A stretch of DNA of 64,000 bases, taken from positions 11,532,001 through 11,596,000 of the forward strand of contig NC_088805.1 in the NCBI RefSeq assembly GCF_011386835.1. The letters are read 5' to 3'. Origin of the DNA: Chrysemys picta bellii (lineage: Eukaryota). The notes under the pieces are model-generated. The model searched no databases. It was not told the DNA's origin and worked only from the letters and a program-made list of their open reading frames with translations. Of the stretch, positions 25,763-35,900 are shown in pieces (position 1 is the first letter of the stretch; each line of letters begins with the position of its first letter). The translations under genes and the position numbers were made by a program.

Positions 25763-25980
25763 CTAACTTCTGTTGGTGAGGGAGACAAGCTTTTGAGTTT
25801 ACACAGAGCTCAGGCTACCAAGGAAGAGCTCCGTGTAAGCTCAAAAGCTTGTCTCGCTTCACAACAGAAGTTAGTTTAATAAAAGATATAAGAGCTCTGT
25901 GTAGCTGGAAAGCTTGTCTCCTTCACCAACCAAAGTTGGTCCAATAAAAGATATTACCTCAGTCATCCACCTTGTCTTTC
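25763..25980. mobile_element. Second Penelope-like pLTR remnant cluster with degenerate hammerhead halves
   Basis: Three copies of gagctc(t/c)gtgtaagctc(a/g)aaagcttgtctc, one inverted and two direct. Confidence 0.5.
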
Positions 25981-26019
25981 TAGTATTTTTCTATGATGTT
26001 ATGATTATTTTTTTACACA

Positions 26020-26212
26020 CCCGGTGGCGGTCTGGGTTTTCGGCGGCACTTCGGCAGTGGGTCCTTCACTCGCTCCGAGTCTTCAGCAGTGGGTCCTTCA
26101 GTGCTGCGGAAGACCCGGAGCGAGCGAAGGACCTGCCGCCGAAGTGCCACCGAAGACCCGGACCACCACCGGGTATTTGAATTGGGCCCCACACTTCCTA
26201 AAGCCGGCCCTG
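26020..26212. mobile_element. GC-rich fold-back segment ending in a hAT-type terminus (CCGGCCCTG)
   Basis: Inverted arms about 26020-26087 and 26110-26173; right TIR at 26204-26212; left TIR not found. Confidence 0.55.
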
Positions 26213-26469
26213 CTGGCTGGTCCTGGAGGCGGGAGTCTGGCTGGAGGGACCCTGGGCTGAGGTGCAGCCCGCGAGCCCCGCTGCTTACCCCGACCCTGCC
26301 AGCGCCGGACTGTCTGGAGGCGAGGGGGGAGCGGGCGAAGTCAGCACTCACATGCATATAACACAGGTTGGTTTCATCTATACATGAAAGACCATAAAAT
26401 TGCTTTACAATATTCCGGGGTTGCACATTTGCATGATTCTATGAAGTAGTCCCAAAACCAACTCAGACG

Positions 26470-26690
26470 TGAAAAGAATGACAACTCCCACAACGCTCCG
26501 GATACAGTAATACAAAACAACGCAGCGAGCTAATGGCATGAAACACTAAGAACTACATCTCCCATAATACCTTACGATAGTTAATACAAACCAAATCCGC
26601 CCAGACCCACCAGAGAACTACATCTCCCAGCATACGTTAGGTCAGCCGGCTCCCTATATAATGAGTTCCATCCGGGTTCTTTTCTTGCTG
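26470..26690 (+). promoter_or_regulatory. RNF10: RNF10 promoter: ZNF143/THAP11-type motifs, TATA-like box, TCT-like initiator
   Basis: ACTACATCTCCCATAAT (26552), ACTACATCTCCCAGCAT (26617), variant ACAACTCCCACAAC (26481); TATATAA 26655-26661; TCTTTTC 26678-26684. Confidence 0.7.
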
Positions 26691-26921
26691 TTGGCGACTC
26701 GTCGCCATTACAGGGGAACAGCTACAGTACGCGGTAGCTGTAGGAGCGGCGCCGAGGAGCCCGCGCTGCCTGGGCGGCGCCGACCACCCCCACCGCAGCC
26801 AGTGCCGGGCCCCGCGGGGCTCCCCGTCCCTTTGCTACCCCGACCCCCCCGGAGCCCCGCAGGCCCGGCCCGGCCTCCCCCGGCTCTCTCTGTTTAAGCG
26901 GAGCAGCGAGAAGATGTCGCC

Positions 26922-27224
26922 ATGAAGGAGGCCGAGTCAGCGCTGCGCCGCCCCTGTCGGTCCCCTTCGCGGGCCATGAGCCTGGGCCCCCGTCGCCTCC
27001 CCGAGCGCCCGTCCTACCCCCCAGCTCAGAGCCGCTGCCATCCACTCGCCAGCGCCGTCGGGGCGCCCGTTGATGCTGCAGAGCTCGCCCAGCGCGGCCC
27101 CCGCCACAGCCTCCGACATGGACAAGAGCAGCCCCTGCGGCTCCGGGATCCCCGGCTCCTCGTCCGGCAGCAAAGGGCAGCAGACCCGCTCCGCCTCGGC
27201 CGGGCCGGCCGGGGGGGAATCTAA
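26922..27224 (+). other. Candidate out-of-frame overlapping uORF in the RNF10 leader (100 codons; second in-frame ATG at 26976), plus minimal uORF MSP* 26914-26925
   Basis: GCCATGA contexts at 26922 and 26976. The frame is shifted relative to the main ATG at 27073 and stops inside exon 1. Translation not demonstrated. Confidence 0.45.
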
Positions 27225-27235
27225 GCCCAAAGGCG
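27073..27235 (+). CDS. RNF10: RNF10 exon 1 coding part
   Basis: ATG at 27073: [19 protein letters not shown]...GESKPKG; donor G|GTAAG. Confidence 0.9.
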
Positions 27236-29916
27236 GTAAGAGGCGGGCCCGGGGGGAAGGGGCGCTGGGGTAATATCGTAGCTGGCTCTCCAGCCAGGGA
27301 GCTGGCAGGTGCCTCGCACTAAGAGGGGTGGGATGCGTCGGGTCTCCAGACTGTGTAACAGTCGGAGGACTCCAGGCTTCTGGGAAATGTTAACATCACC
27401 CACAGGAAGTCGGCGTGGGGCAGTGGTACTAGGTGTCCAGGGGTTGGTCGGAAGCCCAGGTGGTATTGATCCACTGTTGTTACCCTCTGACAGGATACAG
27501 GGATACTGTGAAATGAGTTGGCGAACGTGCTAGTTTCCAACCCTTAACATACTGGGCGTCTCTAGTAGTTTTGGAGAGGCCAAGAATTGTAAGCCTGGCA
27601 TGCGTTGCCACTGTATTATCCAGTGGAGCTTGGAAACTTGAGGACCATCCCTTCCTTGTAGGTGTTCTTTAGATCAGCACTGAGACACACTTGAGGGAGG
27701 GGGAGAATGTCTAAGGAAACTTTCTTGCTCACATCCATTTGTGCAGTACACGAATGGACAGTCACTTTGCCCATACTATTTCTTGAGCCTCTTGTAAGCA
27801 CTAAGCTCACTATTGATGTTAAAAAAACAAAGCAAACATTCTGTCAGTTTCTGGGCATCCTATATCCTGCTCAGCTTAAGCTTTCAGCAGCACTATTACC
27901 TCCTGAGTAAGGATCATAGAATATCAGGGTTGGAAGGGACCTCAGGAGGTATCTAGTCCAACCCCTGCTCAAAGCAGGACCAATCCCCAGATAGATTTTT
28001 TTTTTGCCCCAGATCCTTAAATGGCCCCCTCAAGGATTGAACTCTCAACCCTGGGTTTAGCAGGCCAGTGCTCAAACCACTGAGCTACCCTGTTTCCCCG
28101 AAAATAAGACATCCTCCGAAAATAAGGCCTACTTACAGTTTTGCCTCTCGTTGTAATATAAGGCATCCCCCCGATAATAAGACCTCCCCGATAATAAGGC
28201 ATCCACCGATGTGTACCGTATTCTTCTTCTTTGAAATATAAGACATCCCCTGAAAATAAGACCAGTGCATCTTTGGGAGCAAAAATTAATATAAGACACT
28301 GTCTTATTTTCGGGGAAACAGGGTATCCCCTTTGTGCTAAGAGTGTGGTGTATGTCAAGGTGATGTGACCTGAAGTGGAACTCTGTCTTTAGAATGGTGG
28401 CTTCCTTCCTAGAATATTCTAAGTAAATTACAACTTGACCCTCCTTGAGGCAGGGGCAATATCTTAACTACAGTTGGAAAGGCTGGGACTTGACCAAAGT
28501 TAAATATTGGAAAGCTTTGTTCCAAGCTCCTTCAAAATCCTTGGTCTAATTACAAGATGAGTGGTGTCAAACTTGCTTGGTGGAGAGGGCTGAATTCCAC
28601 TCATGTTTAATGAGACAGGGTATAAATCTAGAATTACATACATTACTCAGTCCACAACAGACTGATTACTTTTGGTAGGAGGCTTATCCTAGGATCAAAA
28701 ATTAGAAGTGGAAATTGAACATCTCATTATCACTGTTAACTATTCAGTACCACTTGAGAGAACATGCTTATCATTAGGACTATTATTATTTCTGCCGTTT
28801 GTTTTTCTCCATTCTTTTTTGTTTCTCTCCCTCTTCCCTGTTTGTGTTCTGTCTTTCCCTCAGGTTCCCTTAACTGCAGCAACTCCTAGTTCTCTCTTCC
28901 AAGGGGGAACACTTCCACTCTTTTCCCCATTTTACTGCTCATCTTTTTACAAGTGAAGTAACCTTGTAACCGCTTTAGAGCCATTGTTTCAGGCTGCCTG
29001 CAGATTTTGGGAAGACAACCCTTATTAGCTTAAACTTGGATCACATTTTTAAAGCTTTCTTTGCAACCATGAGTACTAAAAACTCTTAAAATGAATGTTT
29101 TCTGCATAGTTTGTCATGGAGGCCATAAAGATACATCAGGGAGGCTGGATCAGTCTTGCAGCCGTATGTTTGACACACTTGCACTCTAGTATTAAAGGGA
29201 TCTTGTATGAACTATAGTAGTTAAATATAGCATTTCAGTTTAGACTCTTATTGCACATCGCTTCTCTCACTAATAGTTTATAAACTATCTTGTGTATCAC
29301 TTATACCATTGCACTACATTATTTTAAGCTAAGGGATTGTCAGAAGTGCTTAGCAGTAGCAGTTCCATCCCGAAGCAGTTGGTGTTCCAGGAGCTTGACA
29401 CTCTTGACAGTTTGGTCCTAACTGTTTCTAAGTATTGAAATTTGCAACAATACTTGATATTGCTGGATCCTTTGACACAGAACTATGCACAATACAGTCT
29501 AATTGGAATGGTGCTGGGATGGCTTGTACTCAATTTCCTTCCTCTTTGGTGGTTTGTCTCAATTGTATTATAAAAAAGTGTGTTGGCATAATGGCAATGT
29601 ATACCTTGGCAAGTTTACCAGTGAAATGAAATAAGCTTCAAAGAGTAGCCATAGGCAGTTGAAATAATGAAATAAGTGGCTCTAACTCTTGAGGTGTTAA
29701 CTTCTCCCCAAGACTTCACTGCATATGTCAAATTGAAGGGCTGGCAATACGTGACATACTTGATCTGGATCTCTCACAGAAGCAACAGGAGTGTGACAGA
29801 TTCTTTTTAGGCTGTATCATAACTGACATTATTAATTTTAACTTTAAACCTGTTTTTTAAAGATGCTTTGTCATTGTGAGTCTCATACATGGGTTCTTGT
29901 GGGGTGTGAGTGGTGG

Positions 29917-29948
<32 letters not shown>

Positions 29949-32900
29949 CTCTCTCTCTAAGAAAAGTTCTACTAAGATCCCTTCATGAGTCAATAGCTGG
30001 GTTTGAAGCTGGGCCCTTCGGACTCCCTGCACAGACCTCTGCCACTTGAGATAAAGGATTAAATGTTATCCTCAGTGAGCCAGCTACTAGAAGGGAGAAA
30101 GGCGAGGATACCGAACAGTTCTGGGATTCTGGCCATGTAGGGGGAAGGGGAACAGGGTGGCTTATTAGACAGAATAGCCAAGTACAGTACATACATTTTT
30201 GGTACATTTATTCTGAAAGGCACTGTGGCTGAACGGATTAAATGTGGGTCTGTCATTGAAGAACTAGATTCCATTCTAGTTCTGCCAAAAATGCTCTTGT
30301 AAAACCCTTTTTATTTGTAAAATGGGGCACAGTGGTGATACTTGCCTGCTTCCTATGGTAGGGATATGGTGCTTTGCTCAATGACAGTCCAGAGAAATAT
30401 AAACAGCCATTCGTGGGAACTCATGGTTTTCTGATACCCTTTAGCCTAGAAAGGTGCACTGGTCAGGGAATCTGAAGTGAAAGTTTCTTGTTTCTCCCAT
30501 CCTCCAGCAGAACATCCATCAACTTGGCAGTGCTGCAGAAGAGGGAGGCTAATGTAACTGAAATGCAGATCCTGTGTTAGAATCTGGGACTCTGGAGAGG
30601 ACTGAGTGAAGAATTAAAAGTCATAGGCCTAGCTTTTACAAGAAGCAGTAAGGAAGCAACAGAGCCTCTCAGATTCCTGCTTCATATCAAAAGTATGAAA
30701 TATAGGCCATATACTAATACAAAGAGAATATACTAAGGGCTGTTTTTATGTCTACATGTTTCACACTTAACTTTCTAAGCTGTTTCCTAAATAACTGCAA
30801 AGTGGAAAAATTAGGGGCTGTACCTTTTTTGAGGTATAAAGGTCGCCTGAAAGGATTTCTTCATTAACATTCACTTTTTTTCTTTTTCTTTTTTTTTTAT
30901 GCTTGTAATTCAGGTGTACGCTGGAATACTCAGATCGGAGAGCTAATGTCAGTTGTATTGCAAGAGCTGTAAACAGAGCGTTTTAATTGGATTGTTTTAA
31001 AAATTGTGTTAAAATTTAAAAAAATGCTTGACTTAAAAGACTTAGTATTTATTTATTCAAAATGTTAACTTCTGAATCTTGTATAACGTCTGAATGTATA
31101 TCCACTCAGGTACCATTCTAATGCCTCAAAGGTATTGATACAATACAGTAATGATCAACTTGTTCTCTTGCTTGCTTTTGTATATAGCTGTAAGTCAGCA
31201 AATAGCTCTGAGATTCTCTCTGAAACTGGAGGGATGCCAAGTAGGTGCCTTTGAGAATTAAGTGATTTAGGAGCTTAGATCCCAATGACTCAGTGGAAAT
31301 GAAGCTCTTAAATCATCTAGGCACTTCTGAAAATGTCACTTGCTGTGAACAGTTGAGAAACTGGAATCTCTGGTGAAATAGAGTACTTTATCACAACTTC
31401 TGACTTGTGGATAAGGCACCTTGTGCTCCCGTTCAGGGTGCGCCTTGAAACAGTTTATAGAATTGCAATGTTCTAAATGTGAATTCAGCCTTTGAAAATT
31501 TAAACACAATGCTCCCTTGTCTGAGGGGCCCCCTCCTCTCGCAATTAAAGGTAAGAAAAAGTTAACTATTAGAAATGAGCCCTGCTTCATTAAAATGAGC
31601 TGGTTCTGGATTAACGGTTCTAGAGAAGATTAATGCTTTCAAAAGTATTCATCATTAGATTGGAACAAACATCAGGGCCCCTGAAGTGAGGATGTTTGGC
31701 AACCAGTAGCAAAGGCCTGTTGGGAAACGATTGTATGTACATGCTTTAAAAACAACTTAAGTCATTGAAATCATTTTTGGGGAAGTGGAGGTAGGGACAG
31801 GAACTGAAAGCTTTTTCTAGGCCAAGGAATAAAATTCTGAATTAATTTTGGCCTAAATACAGAAAATAGCTGGATAAGTACCTTTGGTAGGAGAGGTCAC
31901 CAGAGGCAGTTCATAGTAACCTGAAATCCATAACTGAGGCATATCCGAGAAGAAAGATGACAGTGGCCAGTAGAAGCTTTTTTTTCTGACATGCTGCCTG
32001 CCAAAACAATTAGAAGGAAGAAAAGCCCTTTTCCTGTAGTTGTAGGGAAATAGGCAATAGTATCTAAGATGAGCTTTTGCAGCAAGACTAGACATTCATA
32101 CTGTTTCTCTGGCTTTACATCTGACTCTTCTCTCATTTCAATCTTGTTTTACTACAACCCTGGAGGTTCTTAGACTTCTTGGGAATTTTCATGCAGACCG
32201 TTCTGAAGAGGGGAAACTGCCTTCAACCAGTAAAGTTGTGAAGAAAAGGTGTCTGGAGTCTATACCACTCTGGATTCTTGGTCAAAAGGGACAGACTACT
32301 GCATCACACTTCATGGTCAAAGAATCTCTAAAGTCGTCGTCATAATGATGAAAGGGAAACTCGTAAAAGCCATTGAGTCAGGTTGAAGGGTTGTAATGTG
32401 ATAGGAATGTTCTGGTACGAGTTGACTGACAATTTAATGTTCATAATGGCTGTAATTTTGTGTTAGCTGTACCAAGGTGGGAAATTTCCTTGCTGTCAAC
32501 TGCAGGGGAAGATTGCCACACCTGATGACAAGTAATCTGACCCAGTTTAAAAAGAGTGAGGCTATGCAGTTATCTTGACCCCCTTGTTTGCAGATATATT
32601 TTTCTGTCCCCCTGTGCTTATGGGTTGGAAAAAAAATCAAAGTTGCTGTGGCCTGGGAGGTCTCTGCCTGTCTAGAATATGCACTGTGACTGTAGATTTA
32701 AGAAGGCTGTTCAGTGATGGACTTCAGTTCTATTGGCTTTTCCATATAAGACATTCTTAAAGATAATTTATGAAAAAGGCTAATCCAATAGCCGTTCCTT
32801 GTCTTTGGAATTAATTTTAATTCTACCAGAGACGATAGCCTAGTCTCAGTGGTGTAAATTACAGCTTCTTCTCTACACTCAGTCTGTCCAAATCACCATA

Positions 32901-35900
32901 GTCCAGGCCTGGCTACACCCTGAATATTTAGCTGCAACTGGTGTGCTTCTCAAGATAAAACACTGCCCCTAAGGTGTCGGGCTGACTTGCAGTCTCTCCC
33001 ACGTGCACTGTAACTGCTGCACAATTCAGACATGCTGTGATACCAATAGTAGGAACTGTTTGAATTCTCAATAATTCTGAATTTGGCTCTGCCATTAGGC
33101 CAAGTACATCACCACTTTTGCCAGTAAATAATGGCAGAGTGGCTGCATAATGCCTCTTGAAAGCTTCCCTGTCACTTCTTAACTAATGACTAATAAATTA
33201 CTGCCCTTCTATTTCTCTATGTAATCTGAAAGGTGTTTGGCTTTAGTCTTAATTTTGAAGATCTTCTACTGCACGATTATCACTCTTTGGAAATCACAGG
33301 CACATCTAACAAGTAAAATTCAGAATTGCATGGGGTTTTAGCTGTGACTCTACTGAAAGCTGAACTGATACAGTAGGCCTCTTAAACTAGCTTTTCCCCC
33401 ACAACTCTAAAATGCGGTGGCCACACATTTCCATCTCTGCATTTCCTTTCTACTAAGAGGTGAAAGGTTTAACTGGTCTTAAGATGCATTTGTGTTTTTT
33501 TTTTTTTTTTAATGTATGTTGTATTTTTAAAAGCATCTGGATGCTCTGTCATGAAGAGGTATGCACAGCCCTTCTTACTGTTCCCTGAACACACTTTTTG
33601 GGGGTTTCAGGAGGGAGAAATGAAATTTTTGTAGTGAAAAGTGTGGAGAATAGACATGAATGAGATCATTTGGTTACTATAAATGTGCAGTTGGGTTGCT
33701 CCTGATGCCTGTCGCTCAGGAGTAATAGTGGAAGATGGTTACCAAGGTTAGTGGAACAGTAATTAATATGATCTTAAAATAGGGAAGGAGGGAACCTGTC
33801 AGCTGTAAAAGACTTGTGCAGATGAAAAAGGGGCAGAAGCCTGCTACTTCCCAATATGTGGATCTAGATGCAACTGATGTTCTAGTGCTGCTATTGTGAG
33901 GCATTAGATATGATAAGTCACAATGGACCTGATGCAATGTTAATAACTATTTCTGAGAGGGAAGGGTGTATTGGCATATCTGTGGGCTGAGGACATTGAA
34001 AATTAAGCTCTAATCTTATTCTACTGTTTCAGGAAACAAATGTATGTAGTGGCATTACCAGGTTAATACACAGGGAAATGGATTACCATGTTTGGACTCA
34101 GCCTGACTTTACATTTAAGAACTTATTGGAACTTCAGAGGGAAGTGGTTTCTAATCTTATGGAAAGATCCTCTGTAATAGTTTAGGAAGCACTAGCAACT
34201 CTTGGGTATTCTAAATGTGTACAACTAACATCTGACTGCTCTTCCATTCTTGTGAGCTTTAGAATTTAAAGCCACCACTTTGTGCTTGCTGCTAGTGCTT
34301 TCTGTGTTAAAATCCCAACAGTGTGCTCAGCACTCTCACCAGGCAAACAATCCCTGCCTCCAGGATTTGGGGATTTGCTGACTAAAACACAGATTAGATA
34401 AATGCACTGGGAGACCAAAGGTGGTAGTGGTATGTTGAGGTAGATGGTCATTGTGGAAGAAGTTGGTTTTTAAGAAGAGCCTGATGCATTGTACTGCCCT
34501 AAGCATAGGGCTTAGGATGAAAGAAGGCACGAAGGAGAAAAGGAAATAAAGATAATAGTGGTTAAAAAGAGATGTCCACGTAATAGAGCAATGTGGGAGA
34601 TCTAGAGACGGACAGATGCAGGCAGGGTGGTATCTTTACACATTCTAGACATGAAAACTCATGTAATCAACTAAGGGCATGTCTACAATACAAAATTGTC
34701 AACTGAAGTTACATCGGCATACAGCTGCTGCAGTAATTAAATAGCTTTGTGCGTCCACACTCCGCTTCTTGTGTTGGCAGTGCAAGTCCTCACGAGGAGC
34801 CCTTGTACCAACTGTACTTTCAGTGCAGGGCATTGGGAGACGGCTTCTGAAAGTCAGTAATAGTTGATGTAAGCATTGCAGTGTCTATGCTGATGCTGTG
34901 TTGACCTAACTAGGTTGACATTGATTCTACGCCTCTCATGGAGGTGGAGTTAAGTCAGCATAGCGGGGCAGTTACCTTGATAGGAGCAAAATTTTAGTGT
35001 AGACACTTACATGTTTAGGTTGATGTAAGCTGCCTTGCATTGACCTAACTCTGTAGCAGAGATCAGGCCTACGTGTGCCCAGAATAAAGAACTAACTGAT
35101 GGCTATTGAGTGTTTTGGAAAAACACCAGAAGCTAGAAATTTCAATCTTGATTACTCAGTGTAAAAGTGTTCTAATTAAACACACACTGCTAGTGGCTGT
35201 TCCTAGTTCTGGCCTTAAACTAGTTTATGTGAATGAATTGAGTGTAGTGTAATACTATCCTCAGTTCAGCTACATACCTGCCTTATGTCTCTGGTCCTTT
35301 GCTTGGTATAAGCTCTAAGTAGTGGTGGATTTTGGTGTAAGTTTCAGTAAATGCTGATTAAGGAGCTGATAGAAACTATCCATGGTAGGAAGAATCCAGA
35401 CAATAGAAGCAACTTAACTGCATTTTATTTCAAGACAGCTAAGAAGTCTCTTCCTTTATTGGCTGCATAGGTTCCTGGATACTAATGTGCCTGAAAAGTA
35501 CTTTGCTGTGGGTTTGGTGGTGTAGTTAGAGAAGCTTTGGAGCTCTGGTTAAGAGTCAGTATTGTCTTGCTGTAGACAGGTATAAAAATGATCCAGGCCA
35601 AATGCGGTCCTGTCTTAAAGGCATAAATTACTTGACAGCCACTGCTTTTCTAGTGGAAGTATCTCGCAGAGCTTGTGAGTCTGACTTGTTTTCTTTTTTT
35701 TTTTTTCAGATGGAAAGAATGCAAGTGGATCCAAACAACGTTACAATCGTAAAAGAGAAACTTCATATTCAAAAAATGAGAACTTTTCCAGCCAATCCCG
35801 TCGCTCCAATTCACAGAAAAGCAAAGCTTTTAACAAGATGCCCCCTCAGAGAGGGGGCACTGGGGGAAGTGGCAAACTTTTTAGCTCTTGTAATGGTGGA

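Noticed and set aside
26661-26897. 78-aa uORF in RNF10
   Set aside because: Its ATG overlaps the TATA-like box, upstream of the inferred TSS (26679). It would matter only if upstream starts exist.
29920-29950. Long poly-T and poly-C/G runs (also at 38078, 41700, 42068, 48647)
   Set aside because: Ordinary homopolymer tracts with uncertain lengths; no associated structure.
32197-32345. Alternative RNF10 terminal exon ([20 protein letters not shown]...)
   Set aside because: In phase with exon 1, but the acceptor is mediocre, it stops after about 49 codons, and I recognise no homology.
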